From a virus (Duplodnaviria; Caudoviricetes): a stretch of 59,585 nt of DNA. Each line of letters begins with the position of its first letter. The first letter of the stretch is position 1. Where the stretch lies: the IMG/VR virus record IMGVR_UViG_3300023213_000518, positions 1 through 59,585 of that record; one strand, 5' to 3'. Below the pieces are notes generated by a model that ran no database searches, was not told the origin of the DNA, and saw only the letters and a list, made by a program, of their open reading frames with translations. Below are positions 1-10,030 of this stretch, in pieces. Position numbers and translations under genes: made by a program.

Positions 1-106
1 GGTCTAGCCGCAATTCTGAATTTCGATAAAGCATAGGGCTCCCGCATACGACGGAATGCACGCTCATGCTACACCCAACACTCATAAAACACCACACCTC
101 GTTTGG

Positions 107-445
107 TTAGTCTTGGTAGTTAATCCCCTTGTTTTTGGATTGTACAAGCAAATCGACAGTTACAGGCCCAAGCAGAATACTGCCTGTACCGGATGCGGCA
201 TTCTCGTCGAGAAAAGCTGTTAGCAGTTCTTTCAGCTTGTCAGCAATCGCTTGACACCGTTCAACCGGAACATCCTGTTCATGCTGCACACCACCAGAAA
301 ACGTAAGCGCTATCGTCATTGAATCTTTCTCCTTGTGCTTTTCACAGTATACAACAGTCTGTTGGTCATCTTCACAACATTCACCGTCGCATTCTACAAG
401 TTCGGTACACCCGCCCTCTTCACATTCGTGCAAGTGCTTGGGCAT
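107..445 (-). CDS. hypothetical protein, Cys-rich N-terminus
   Basis: 112-aa ORF packed against neighbours; Cys/His clusters. Confidence 0.6.
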   Translation of the reverse strand: MPKHLHECEEGGCTELVECDGECCEDDQQTVVYCEKHKEKDSMTIALTFSGGVQHEQDVPVERCQAIADKLKELLTAFLDENAASGTGSILLGPVTVDLLVQSKNKGINYQD

Positions 446-446
446 T

Positions 447-647
447 CTACTTGTTCGGATTCTGGAGTTCTGTCGGACAGACTGGATTTTTCTGAGGACT
501 TTTCTGAAGCACTTCCTGAGGCGTCATCGTTCCGCCATTTCTCCAGTTCTGAGTCGTGTTCTTCAACGACTCATTAATTGGAGCAAACGACGTTCCGTTT
601 TTCTCGGCAGCAGAATCACTAGCGGCTGTTTCTTTAGTGTAGGCCAT
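447..647 (-). CDS. hypothetical protein (66 aa)
   Basis: ATG at 647 preceded by GAGGAG; preferred over the TTG start at 803. Confidence 0.55.
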   Translation of the reverse strand: MAYTKETAASDSAAEKNGTSFAPINESLKNTTQNWRNGGTMTPQEVLQKSPQKNPVCPTELQNPNK

Positions 648-803
648 GACTGTCTCCTCAGAACTCTCTACAACGCCGATGCATTCGCCAACGTGCAAGT
701 TCGAGTCTTCAGTCAGGTTTTTCGGGAAGCGACGGTAGTATAAATGACTCTTTCTGGTCGTTCTTGAACAATCTGAAACTACAGGTGTAAAAGAGTAAAG
801 CAA

Positions 804-1031
804 CTAATAACGCTTTCCTGGCATGCTGTCTTTGGTTTCAATCTCATTCGTAACAGATACGCCATTCATACTCAAGGACTTCAACGACTGTGAATACGTT
901 CTCTTTTCGAGCATAGCAACAATGCGGTTAAGCATTGACATCACCATCATCTCAATACCAAACTGAACTACAGAAACAATCAGAATCAAGAACAATACGA
1001 CATAGAGGACATTACTTGAGTTGACTAGCAT
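804..1031 (-). CDS. small membrane protein
   Basis: hydrophobic N-terminal helix VLYVVLFLILIVSVV; AAGGAG upstream. Confidence 0.6.
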   Translation of the reverse strand: MLVNSSNVLYVVLFLILIVSVVQFGIEMMVMSMLNRIVAMLEKRTYSQSLKSLSMNGVSVTNEIETKDSMPGKRY

Positions 1032-1204
1032 TTCTTTTCTCCTTTACGTCTACGCTGTCTGTAAGCCGCGGTATTTAATCTTCTATCTTCAGCCTCATTC
1101 TCTAACAACCAATACAAATCATCGTTAGGTATCTTGTACTTCTTTGCAAACTTAGAAAGAATCTTTGTTAGTTCATCAACCACTTTCTGGGGGTAATTAT
1201 CCAT
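1025..1204 (-). CDS. hypothetical protein (59 aa, below ORF-track cutoff)
   Basis: hand translation MDNYPQKVVDELTKILSKFAKKY...KGEKKC*; fills the gap between neighbours. Confidence 0.5.
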   Translation of the reverse strand: MDNYPQKVVDELTKILSKFAKKYKIPNDDLYWLLENEAEDRRLNTAAYRQRRRKGEKKC

Positions 1205-1207
1205 ACC

Positions 1208-1564
1208 TCATCCACCTTTCATGTCTCTCTCTTGTGGAGCATTCCTACCCTTCAGATCGGGCGTTGTACGATTTACAGCAGCCCGCACCAACCACTCCAT
1301 GAAAGTATTGGGCGTATAAGTCACTAAACTTCCGTCACGTTTTTTGACAACCCAATCTCCAGCACTCGCATAGGAACCACCATCAGGTTTACGACTATTG
1401 ACCCAAACACGATACTCCTGATCACTATATTCATAACCACATGGATGGCCCACAAAATTTTCTACATCATCCAAACTCTCTCTAGTACCATCGAATTGCA
1501 TGGCTATAACTACAACTGATTTCGTTTTCCAACATGATACTTCATACTTCAACTGGTCGATCAT
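1208..1564 (-). CDS. conserved-type phage hypothetical protein
   Basis: KSVVVIAMQFDG...AGDWVVK...YTPNTF resembles the common phage KKPVVIEAVQF...GDWII family. Confidence 0.6.
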   Translation of the reverse strand: MIDQLKYEVSCWKTKSVVVIAMQFDGTRESLDDVENFVGHPCGYEYSDQEYRVWVNSRKPDGGSYASAGDWVVKKRDGSLVTYTPNTFMEWLVRAAVNRTTPDLKGRNAPQERDMKGG

Positions 1565-1757
1565 TTACTTTCTCCTCTTTAACTTCTTTCTTCATCGACA
1601 AAGACTTCCAACATCCTTGAGCAAAGTCATACTGCCATACTGTCCCATCAGAAGACAGACCGAACAGCTTACCAGAAGATGTGGCGATTTGAATAGCGAC
1701 AAGTTGCCTTAACTGTTTCAAGTCTTTCTCTTGATCAACTTGGTTCGGAGTAATCAT
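1542..1757 (-). CDS. hypothetical protein
   Basis: ATG 1757 after GAGGAAG; overlaps next gene. Confidence 0.5.
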   Translation of the reverse strand: MITPNQVDQEKDLKQLRQLVAIQIATSSGKLFGLSSDGTVWQYDFAQGCWKSLSMKKEVKEEKVNDRPVEV

Positions 1758-1887
1758 AACTTCCTCTTTCTTTTCTTCTAACCAGATTTTCCTTACAAAC
1801 CGGACACCAACAATGAGATTCCTCTTCGACCACCATGTGAAGTAAAACATGACAACAAGGACAACCAGTTTGTTTTTCTTCAGTCAT
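1735..1887 (-). CDS. small Zn-ribbon-like protein
   Basis: CPCC...CPVC; ATG at 1887. Confidence 0.4.
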   Translation of the reverse strand: MTEEKQTGCPCCHVLLHMVVEEESHCWCPVCKENLVRRKERGSYDYSEPS

Positions 1888-2193
1888 AAAGACCAGCGTA
1901 AGGAATTTTGTACATCGACAACAAATTTCCGTCCTTGTCAACTACAATCATCAGCCCTACAGGAACTTCGTTCGATTCACAAATCGGTATAGCACCCCTA
2001 GAACGGATTTCGTCAACTTTCTTCTTATCCTTGATCGGTAAACTCTTTTCTATTACCCATCATCTCTAAAGCTTTTACCAGTAGAGGAAATGTACCTCTA
2101 CTACAAACCATAGCAAACAGATTCTCTGGCGGATGGTGGACAAATTCAGCAAACGGCAAAACTTCTCTCTTTTTCATCGCATCCAACTTAACC

Positions 2194-2688
2194 TCAATCG
2201 TAGGTTAAAGACTTCTGCCTATACAAGAATTCGTCAGTCTCCCAAAGAATGGAACGCCACTCAACATCATCAGGAACAGCTGGTTCAGGTGCCGGAGGCC
2301 AATTATTGGGTTTTGGAGCCTTTTGGTGGGTAGTTTGGCAAGAATTAGGCGAGTTCTGGCGCATTCCAGACGACTGGCTGGTGGTAAGTATTAGCTCTCC
2401 GGAATTAAGCGCTTCAGACAGTTGGCCGGAGTATTTAGCCAGTGCTCTACGAACATATGGAAGCTGACCTTGAGCTAGATTATTGAACTTCAAGAACCCC
2501 TTGGCAACGCTGGACAAGAAGCTTGCGTCTGTAGAATTAAAACCAACACTGTTCAGATGTGCTGTATATTCACTATCTTGTTCTTGAGACGTTTGACGAT
2601 TGAATAAGCACACAAGCATATGACCCAAAACAAACACTGGCGTATGGACATCTTTAATCATATCACGAACTTCATTTTTAGTAAACAC
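2194..2688 (-). CDS. conserved-type phage hypothetical protein
   Basis: RQTSQEQ...NSVGFNSTDA..LSS motif typical of a widespread phage family. Confidence 0.65.
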   Translation of the reverse strand: MFTKNEVRDMIKDVHTPVFVLGHMLVCLFNRQTSQEQDSEYTAHLNSVGFNSTDASFLSSVAKGFLKFNNLAQGQLPYVRRALAKYSGQLSEALNSGELILTTSQSSGMRQNSPNSCQTTHQKAPKPNNWPPAPEPAVPDDVEWRSILWETDEFLYRQKSLTYD

Positions 2689-2703
2689 AACGCCCTCTCT
2701 TTT

Positions 2704-2955
2704 TTATACAATCTCTTCGAATCGTTTTCTGTCAAACTCTTCTTTGGGCCGCTTCGCGTCTCTTTCTTTTTGTTTCTGTGAACGATAATCTTTTGGTGGA
2801 TTGGAGACCTGCTTCTTGTTTCTATTACCCCAAAACTCCTGAACCAAAAGTTCATTGCAAGGCTCACAACAATTCTTTTTCGAAAGACCGGAATAACCTG
2901 TAGAGCGACCTCTACAAACAGAGGAAATTTTTAACTGGCATAGTAGACCAATCAT
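2704..2955 (-). CDS. hypothetical Cys-containing basic protein
   Basis: ATGA overlap with upstream stop at 2952-2955. Confidence 0.5.
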   Translation of the reverse strand: MIGLLCQLKISSVCRGRSTGYSGLSKKNCCEPCNELLVQEFWGNRNKKQVSNPPKDYRSQKQKERDAKRPKEEFDRKRFEEIV

Positions 2956-3899
2956 GACTTCCCTCCTATAGAAGCATTCCATGCTGCTGTCCAAACGTCT
3001 CGCGGATTTAAAGGAGTGCTTACATATCGATTACCACTATCTTTTGTCCATTTCACAAATGCCTCTTCACACGACACTAGCTTCTCCTTCCCTTGCTCGC
3101 CGAGCAACTGACGGACGGGTGGCTCCAAGTATCGAATAGGCTTAGCGATTTTCTCCGCGTACTCAATCTCACTCCGCGTCGAAGAACCTATATATCCCTC
3201 CACGTTGAGTACCAAAACTTCATCAGCTAAATCGATCTTCCGTTTATGGAGTTCGTCTAGGGCGAGTTTTTGCTCAGGAGTACAGCCCACATCTTCATGG
3301 TGCATTTCTTTTTGCGCGTGTGGATAGAAGCCCACGCTGAGTACAATACGTCCAGCCATCGTTTCTTTGTAATTGGCACGCTGAAAGTATTCGTAGAATC
3401 GTGTGGAACCACAAAGGCATACGATTCGCGGTCGCCGCAACTCCGCTGGCAAGGGGGAGGGGACAGCGGCTTCACGATGTTTGTTACACTTGGAATAGAA
3501 GAATCCCGGCGTAGTTGCATCCGAATAGGCATGTTTGGCAGCTTCGTCGCAGTCAGGACAACGTGCCTGCGGCTGGCTCTCAACGCTGCGGAGAGCAGCG
3601 GCTAGCCTCTCGTAATCTTGAAAGGTTAAATTAGTGAAGGAGTTACTTTCGTCCTCATGTCTGAACAGAGGCATCCTAAGACTGTTGGCGGCGTTCGCCA
3701 GGTCGTAACCTGTCAGTGTCTCCTCCGCCGCGACGGGTTGGGCGAGAGCGGCACGGCAAGCATCAATTACGCTAACTAGTAAATCGCAATGGTTAGGACA
3801 CCCTCCTCTTGGATGCCCACAGCGATATATCATCGCGAAGGCTGTATCGAGCGAAAGTTTCAGAGCTTCCCGCAGCGTCACCTTCGTTTGGTCGGTCAT
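2952..3899 (-). CDS. mosaic protein with C-terminal nucleoside 2-deoxyribosyltransferase-like (DUF4406-like) domain
   Basis: IVCLCGSTRF...LHKRKIDLADEVLVLNVEGYIGSSTRSEIEYA; N-terminal Cys pairs. Confidence 0.65.
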   Translation of the reverse strand: MTDQTKVTLREALKLSLDTAFAMIYRCGHPRGGCPNHCDLLVSVIDACRAALAQPVAAEETLTGYDLANAANSLRMPLFRHEDESNSFTNLTFQDYERLAAALRSVESQPQARCPDCDEAAKHAYSDATTPGFFYSKCNKHREAAVPSPLPAELRRPRIVCLCGSTRFYEYFQRANYKETMAGRIVLSVGFYPHAQKEMHHEDVGCTPEQKLALDELHKRKIDLADEVLVLNVEGYIGSSTRSEIEYAEKIAKPIRYLEPPVRQLLGEQGKEKLVSCEEAFVKWTKDSGNRYVSTPLNPRDVWTAAWNASIGGKS

Positions 3900-4831
3900 A
3901 ATTTATATCCCTTCTTTCTATTTGGAGATTGATAAGCGTCCCACGGAAACGTCAATTCCCATACACCAAGACCAACATCATCGAGATACAGTTTCATCAG
4001 TTCCACTACCTGATTGGCTTCTTCTTCAAGATATGGCGAGCTATGGCCAATTCTCTTCTTCAGACCCTGTTGGAATACCCAATAGGGTCTGAACTGTTGA
4101 GAGAATCTTTCTTCAAGTTGACTACGCATGAAAAGAGCTTCAACTAACTGATACCTCATTTCGTAGTCACCCCAAGCACCCAACGTTTTGATTCCAAGCC
4201 TACGACTAGCACGATACAGAGGCACCAGATATTCAGACCAACCACTTTCTCCAGTCCGATACCAGATATCGTAATAGGCAGAATCAAACTTACGATTAGA
4301 ATTCTTAAGAAATTTGAACAGGTCGGATTGAACAACTTCTATTTCAGAATCAAGTTGTGGGCCTATCAGGCGAATGATGTCTCTTTCTTTTTCTACGACT
4401 GTTACGGAATCAACTGCCGGCAGCTTACGAATCATTTCAGCAGCCATACCCAAACCAAGACCCCCAACCAGTACATCACCATGCATATGCTGAAAAGAAA
4501 TGTACTGAGAGTAAATCTCTACCGGCTTGTCAGAAGTAAGTGTTCCTTTGTTGGACTTTAATGAGTGGAACGTTACAGGCTGCGGATACTGTATCTCGAG
4601 AAGCTTAACACCAAACATAAGAGCATGTCTGATTGTGGTAGCGGGAAACTTTGTGCCTACTGTTGGCACAATGGAATAGTTCCCTTGCTGAGTCTTGGTA
4701 AAGTTCATCGGCCTGTACAGATGCTTAATGGAGGCTGGATCGATCACTTTTGAACGCATCTTCTGTGCAAGTTCAAAAGCTGACATATTTGCTTTCAACA
4801 AAGAACTAGAGATAGCTAGTGCGTCAGTCAT
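3896..4831 (-). CDS. class I SAM-dependent methyltransferase / spermidine-synthase-like protein
   Basis: motif I VLVGGLGLG, acidic VVEKE, D.F..L, YYDIW. Confidence 0.7.
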   Translation of the reverse strand: MTDALAISSSLLKANMSAFELAQKMRSKVIDPASIKHLYRPMNFTKTQQGNYSIVPTVGTKFPATTIRHALMFGVKLLEIQYPQPVTFHSLKSNKGTLTSDKPVEIYSQYISFQHMHGDVLVGGLGLGMAAEMIRKLPAVDSVTVVEKERDIIRLIGPQLDSEIEVVQSDLFKFLKNSNRKFDSAYYDIWYRTGESGWSEYLVPLYRASRRLGIKTLGAWGDYEMRYQLVEALFMRSQLEERFSQQFRPYWVFQQGLKKRIGHSSPYLEEEANQVVELMKLYLDDVGLGVWELTFPWDAYQSPNRKKGYKL

Positions 4832-5133
4832 TGTATTTTCCTTGAGGCCTGTTGAAAAGCTTCGCGCGCTCTGACACTACGAAAATACGCATCATCTAAT
4901 TTGTATTCTACTCTGTCTAGAATACTATCGAGCTGGTCGTCGACTCTGCTTAAAAAATCCTCCATCTTTTGGATCTTACCCTGATACGACTCAAACAACT
5001 TCTCTAGCTTTTCCAATTCTTGAACGTTTGCTTGAGCTCTCTTCATTCTTGCGCGTGCTTTCTTCACGACACCCAGCATGTGGACAAACCTTTTTGTACT
5101 TTTCTTTATCATTTTCGTTCTCCTCTTTTTCAA
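4828..5133 (-). CDS. coiled-coil hypothetical protein
   Basis: heptad-rich ORF, ATGA overlap with next gene. Confidence 0.55.
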   Translation of the reverse strand: MKKRRTKMIKKSTKRFVHMLGVVKKARARMKRAQANVQELEKLEKLFESYQGKIQKMEDFLSRVDDQLDSILDRVEYKLDDAYFRSVRAREAFQQASRKIQ

Positions 5134-5166
5134 AATTTTTGTTACGCTACCTCAACTTAAAACATT

Positions 5167-5901
5167 TCAAAACTGTGCAATGTAAGCAACTTCTCTCACT
5201 TCGTTTTTGGAATTCAAAATGATATTGACAAACGGATCTGGCTCTGCGGCAAGCTTCTTCACAGACTCTACAATTCTTTCTTTGGTGGAAAGCAAATCAG
5301 TAGCAAGCCTGTTCACAGTTACGCACTTACTGTTAGTTGACTCAAAATAAGAAAGAACGGCATACTCAACACCGGAATAGGAAGCACGACGCTGAGCTCT
5401 TTCAGCTTTCTTTTCTTCATGGAAGCGAGCACGAATTAAACCACAAAGACGATCATGAGCTCTGGAATAAAGAGCACAGAAAATATCGAACTCAGAAGCT
5501 GTGCCTTGCAGTTCGCCAAGAGAGTTCACTCCGCAGTAAAACGGACCGAGTAAATTCATACTGTCATCGCGCCAGATTGGCGTACGAGACAATTTTTCAC
5601 TAGTCTCTCTTCCAACCTTAGCTACTCTATCAGACAGCCTTACGATATTTTCTGCTGCTAATCTCAATTCATAAGCAGCAAAATACAACTCAGTATCGTC
5701 AGAATCTTTTAGGCCCACCGCTTGACAAAGACGATAAGCAACTTCGGCAGTATTCAATGAACCAGAAACAACTGCCTTGATTTCAGAAGCTGTGAGTTTC
5801 ATTTTCGATCTCCTCTTTTCGAATTTTTGTTGCGCTACCTCAACTGGAAATAAGAAAGGGCTAGCTTTTTTAGGACTAGCCCCGTTTACATCACTTGACA
5901 A
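5167..5901 (-). CDS. hypothetical protein, possible C-terminal winged helix
   Basis: 244-aa ORF; true start may be internal (MKLTASE). Confidence 0.55.
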   Translation of the reverse strand: MSSDVNGASPKKASPFLFPVEVAQQKFEKRRSKMKLTASEIKAVVSGSLNTAEVAYRLCQAVGLKDSDDTELYFAAYELRLAAENIVRLSDRVAKVGRETSEKLSRTPIWRDDSMNLLGPFYCGVNSLGELQGTASEFDIFCALYSRAHDRLCGLIRARFHEEKKAERAQRRASYSGVEYAVLSYFESTNSKCVTVNRLATDLLSTKERIVESVKKLAAEPDPFVNIILNSKNEVREVAYIAQF

Positions 5902-5917
5902 CCAACTTCTCTTTGAC

Positions 5918-6178
5918 TCAAGCGGCCTTGCGCTTCATCTGCGCGGCGCCGTTTTCGATGTTCAACTTCCACTGACGGAATTTCTTCTCGCCATCGCGCT
6001 TCAGTGCCCTCAGAAGGAAGAGAGGGTTCTTTGCCGTCCTCTTTCCCATCCGCACCAAGTCGGCAACCTTGTGATACTTGCCATCCGACAACTTCGAAAA
6101 CAAGTTTCCCAACGTCGATCCCGGGCGATAGTGTCCACCGATTAAAACGACTTTCACTTCCTTGCTGTTCTTGGCCAT
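5918..6178 (-). CDS. small basic (DNA-binding-like) early protein
   Basis: ATG 6178 with GAGGAGG; first gene after consensus promoter. Confidence 0.65.
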   Translation of the reverse strand: MAKNSKEVKVVLIGGHYRPGSTLGNLFSKLSDGKYHKVADLVRMGKRTAKNPLFLLRALKRDGEKKFRQWKLNIENGAAQMKRKAA

Positions 6179-6230
6179 TACATCCTCCTCATAAATTTGG
6201 GTATTCTTGGCATACTCCTTACCCACATTA

Positions 6231-6260
6231 ATTATAGAAAACCCTTATTTTGCATGTCAA
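6231..6260 (-). promoter_or_regulatory. sigma70-type promoter TTGACA-N18-TATAAT
   Basis: perfect -35 (6255-6260) and -10 (6231-6236) in an intergenic gap. Confidence 0.85.
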
Positions 6261-6336
6261 GTACTATTTTCTAATTCTTTGTTACGAGGAATCGCTATAG
6301 GCGAAACTAAACCGAATGACCAAAAACGACAGTTTA

Positions 6337-6732
6337 CTAAATAAAAGGATACACCTTTACTCTATCAGGCCCAACACGTTCTCTCGCAGGCTCAACAATT
6401 TCTTGTACAAGTCCTCTCGGATTCGGCCCCAGGAACACATAGAAAAAGTCACACACATCCAACAATGACATATTTCTAGCCTTGAAAATCTGACCAAAGA
6501 ACTGACGAGGAAAAGTCTTACCGTCGAATTTTATTCTAAATTCAACAAACTTCACACCAATCTTTTTACAAACCTCCATAGTGTGTTTACCTACACCTTG
6601 GTCACAACCGACAGAAATAATTATCAGTCTCAGACCATGATCATGATTCAATTCGGTTATGACTTTTTCTATCTCAATCGAATCAGCTTCAGTCCAATCA
6701 CGCTCACGTTCACCCACTATTGCTACGTTCAT
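6337..6732 (-). CDS. SLOG-superfamily (YspA/DUF2493-like) protein
   Basis: MNVAIVG.R, IISVGCDQGVG, ARNMSLLDVCD pattern. Confidence 0.6.
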   Translation of the reverse strand: MNVAIVGERERDWTEADSIEIEKVITELNHDHGLRLIIISVGCDQGVGKHTMEVCKKIGVKFVEFRIKFDGKTFPRQFFGQIFKARNMSLLDVCDFFYVFLGPNPRGLVQEIVEPARERVGPDRVKVYPFI

Positions 6733-7199
6733 TTCTCCCCCTCAGGCAAATACAAATAGTCAAGCTTGTACTTCAACTTCCCTGTATTGATAAAATTATA
6801 GATAGCACTCATAACAGTCGGCTTCAAAGCCTCAGGATGATTTTTTTGCATCTCGATGCAAAGCTCTCTTTTCGTCGGGCCCCTCGGAGAATGGTCAGCA
6901 GTAGAACACCATTCCGTCGTCTCAAGAATTTTCTGAACAACAGGAAACCACAAAATTCTACCTCTTCTACTACTATTTCTTTCAACAACAGGTCTATCTA
7001 CTTTCTTAGCAAATTCACCAATAGGCTTCTGAATGAGGTTCAAAGTACTTTGCAACTGCTCTACGACAACATCCCACCTATCAGCTTCAGACGAAGCAAG
7101 TACCGCTTGACGACGAAATTCAAGAGCATTTCTACGAGCTTCAGCTAGGGAATCATGCAACGTTTCGTTTGGCCTGTTTTCAACTATCGGAACGCCCAT
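6729..7199 (-). CDS. hypothetical protein (coiled coil plus winged-helix-like C-terminus)
   Basis: 156-aa ORF overlapping both neighbours. Confidence 0.55.
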   Translation of the reverse strand: MGVPIVENRPNETLHDSLAEARRNALEFRRQAVLASSEADRWDVVVEQLQSTLNLIQKPIGEFAKKVDRPVVERNSSRRGRILWFPVVQKILETTEWCSTADHSPRGPTKRELCIEMQKNHPEALKPTVMSAIYNFINTGKLKYKLDYLYLPEGEK

Positions 7200-10029
7200 C
7201 CTGAACCTCCACAGTACTCACTCTATTCTTCTTTCGAATAACAAGATGTCTGGCACCAGCAAGTTCAGAAAGTATGGCTTGATTATGTGTCACAACAAAC
7301 ACAGACCCGAATTTTGTTGCTGCCTCTTTTAATCCTCTAGCGAAAGTTCTTGCAGCCAAGGGGTCAAGACCCTCACCTGGTTCATCCAATATCAAGAGAT
7401 TAGTCTGCGGTGCGACATGACGCAAAGCAAAGCTAGTAATCAAAGAAGCAATCCTGATTTCGCCTTGCGACTGGTCGGATACTTCAGATCCACCATTTAC
7501 ATTTACAACACGCACATCAGATTCGCCATTCTCATCAACACTGAAAACAACCTGTATCTCTTTCTCGGAAAACATCTGAGAGTAATAAGCCGACGCTCTG
7601 TTCAACAAAGGACAAAGCTGGGCGTTGAGAAAAGCAGGCATACCTTTTCTGGAAAAAGCCGCGACACAATATTCATAAACAGGTAGTGACTTTCGGGCTT
7701 TTTCAACTTTCGTCAAAGCAAGATTCACCAGATCACGAGACCTCGCCAAAATCTTTTTCATAGACTGTATTCTTGACGACTGAATCTCAGCGACTCGCAA
7801 AGAGGCTTTGGCTGTTGCCAACTCCTCAACCGCTTCCCGTATCCAATCTTCTAGCTCTTCTTCACCAGCTGTTTCATCAGCAATCTTTTTCCGAATCTTC
7901 GGAAGCATAGCTACACAGATAGCCGACTTATCAACTAAAGCTTTTTTTTCAGCATTCAACTTCGACAAAGAAAGATTCAAACGCTCAACAACAGAATCCA
8001 TCTGCTCTCTGTCAATCGGCTGTTCACAGGTAGGGCACTCTTGCGACTGTAGATTGGAAAACTTAATCAACTTGGACCCAATGGAAGATATCCTACCATT
8101 CACCTCAGCAACCCTAAGCTCAATGGCATGATTCTTACTAACAATCTGTTCGTAATGCTCACTCAAAAACTTTGTTTTAGCAACACCACGAGCTTTCACT
8201 TGAATGAATTTCTTTTTCTTGAGTGTAATCTCTTCGACTTTCTTCGCCAACTCAGTCTTCAACTCTTCGACGTTAGGCGTTTCTTTTTGTAATAACAACA
8301 ACTCGTTGGAATGCTCTTCCATTCGCACAGCTTCCAACTCCCACAAATGATGCAACTCCTGCTCTTTCCTTTTTGCAGCAGCAAAATCTTCTTTCACATC
8401 GACAAGAGCTTTTTCAAATCTATCAAGTCCCTGCAACCTTGACAAAAAACTTTTTCTTTCAGACTCAGTTCCCGTCAACATCAAATTCGTCTTTCGCTGA
8501 TCAACAAACATAGCACCAGACAAGGTCTCCCAAGTAAATCCTGTCAACTTTTCAATATGCTCTTGTATCTGTTCAGGTCTATTACCACCTGCTACTTCAA
8601 TACCACCAATCCACGCTCGAAGGACTCTAGGCTTCCTACCACGAACTACTCTACAAACGCGATTCTCAGAATCAATAAATTTTGTCGCGACATAACACTT
8701 ACAATCTTTCTTAGCCCATCTATACATCCAATGATCATATTTCTGGCCCTTGAACGTCGAACCAAACAAAGCTACAGCAGGCGGCGACAAAAAAGATGTT
8801 TTTCCTGAGCCATTTGATTTTCCTCTCCTATCCTCATTGATACCAGAAACCACAGTCAAGCCAGGCTCATATTTTATCTTCAATCGTTGGAAGCATAAAA
8901 AATTCTCTGCGACAGAGTCGATGAACTTTATTTTGTTTGTACGAACCTGAGCTCCAATAGCTACCAACCTTGACAACAGATAACTAGATGTCTTTTCCCG
9001 CTGTTGGACAAGTTCGCCTGGAAGAGTCTGTTCTAGATACATCTTTATTTTTTGCTCGTCAGAGTCTTGCGCCCTAAGCTTTACTTTCGTTTCTTGTACA
9101 GCTTCCAATTCAATAACAGGAACAATTTCAGCACCGGGATACTTTCTCTGTGCGACAAGCTCTTCTTTTCGCAAAACAGAAAAGATATCTGTCGAGCTAT
9201 TACAGGAGACATGGATGCGGACTTTTGCTCCTCGCCAATCTTTAGGCGAGGCTTCTCTGAAACCTGGCCACATTTCGTCAAGCATCCGAGGTATCTTGGA
9301 TAAGAGCCTCGTTACTTTTCTCGTCTCGTAATCAAACATCAAATAGCTTTTGATTTGATTTGATTCGCCCCAATCAGTAGCAAACGGTGACCCAACATAA
9401 TAGACGTTCTTAGAAACTTTCTGGGGCAGATGAATATGACCACCAACACAAACCAGATATTCTTCAGGATACAGATCGTCTACTGTCATGTCGGTTGTCG
9501 AGCTGGTTTTTACATTGTAACGAGCGAGATTCAAGTCACAATGGAATACCAGTACGACACCGTCGCTTTTGAATTTATGATTTCTAACGGCCCTAGCCAA
9601 ATCGTGAGCTTCTCTTTTCAACAACACAGTACTCTGCCTGAAAGGAAGAAAAGCTAACAACCCCCCAGCTTTACCACCGGTTACTCCTCCTGATGGTCTA
9701 ACTATTTTTGGCTCGTCAAAAGCCAGAGCACCAGCGTTACGAATTACTGCCAACCAGTTTTCTTTATCGGTATACAAACCAAACCTGTCGTGATTCCCAA
9801 GATTGAAAAATGGGGAAATTCCGTTTTGTCCATACTCTCTAACTATCTCAGAAATTTTATTGACCATTCGACCGTCAAGAGGATTGTACGGCCTCTTCAA
9901 GTCACCACAATGAACAACCGTGCGAACATCATACTGCTCACAATAAGACATAATCTCTCTATGTGCAGCAAAGCACAAATCAAGATTATCGAACTCAGCT
10001 TGCCAGTCGGCAGTAAAAATCACACGCAT
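7180..10029 (-). CDS. fused SbcD(Mre11)-SbcC(Rad50) nuclease/ATPase
   Basis: phosphoesterase motifs FTADWQ, GD, GNHD, GHIH, YVGSP; Walker A NGSGKTS; Zn-hook CPTC; signature SQGE; Walker B LILDEP; VTHN. Probable start MRVIFTAD. Confidence 0.9.
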   Translation of the reverse strand: MRVIFTADWQAEFDNLDLCFAAHREIMSYCEQYDVRTVVHCGDLKRPYNPLDGRMVNKISEIVREYGQNGISPFFNLGNHDRFGLYTDKENWLAVIRNAGALAFDEPKIVRPSGGVTGGKAGGLLAFLPFRQSTVLLKREAHDLARAVRNHKFKSDGVVLVFHCDLNLARYNVKTSSTTDMTVDDLYPEEYLVCVGGHIHLPQKVSKNVYYVGSPFATDWGESNQIKSYLMFDYETRKVTRLLSKIPRMLDEMWPGFREASPKDWRGAKVRIHVSCNSSTDIFSVLRKEELVAQRKYPGAEIVPVIELEAVQETKVKLRAQDSDEQKIKMYLEQTLPGELVQQREKTSSYLLSRLVAIGAQVRTNKIKFIDSVAENFLCFQRLKIKYEPGLTVVSGINEDRRGKSNGSGKTSFLSPPAVALFGSTFKGQKYDHWMYRWAKKDCKCYVATKFIDSENRVCRVVRGRKPRVLRAWIGGIEVAGGNRPEQIQEHIEKLTGFTWETLSGAMFVDQRKTNLMLTGTESERKSFLSRLQGLDRFEKALVDVKEDFAAAKRKEQELHHLWELEAVRMEEHSNELLLLQKETPNVEELKTELAKKVEEITLKKKKFIQVKARGVAKTKFLSEHYEQIVSKNHAIELRVAEVNGRISSIGSKLIKFSNLQSQECPTCEQPIDREQMDSVVERLNLSLSKLNAEKKALVDKSAICVAMLPKIRKKIADETAGEEELEDWIREAVEELATAKASLRVAEIQSSRIQSMKKILARSRDLVNLALTKVEKARKSLPVYEYCVAAFSRKGMPAFLNAQLCPLLNRASAYYSQMFSEKEIQVVFSVDENGESDVRVVNVNGGSEVSDQSQGEIRIASLITSFALRHVAPQTNLLILDEPGEGLDPLAARTFARGLKEAATKFGSVFVVTHNQAILSELAGARHLVIRKKNRVSTVEVQDGRSDS

Positions 10030-10030
10030 G

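Noticed and set aside
648-803. Possible long hairpin/leader upstream of the ATG at 647
   Set aside because: Pairing is imperfect and the stretch is also an open frame; not supportable without folding analysis.
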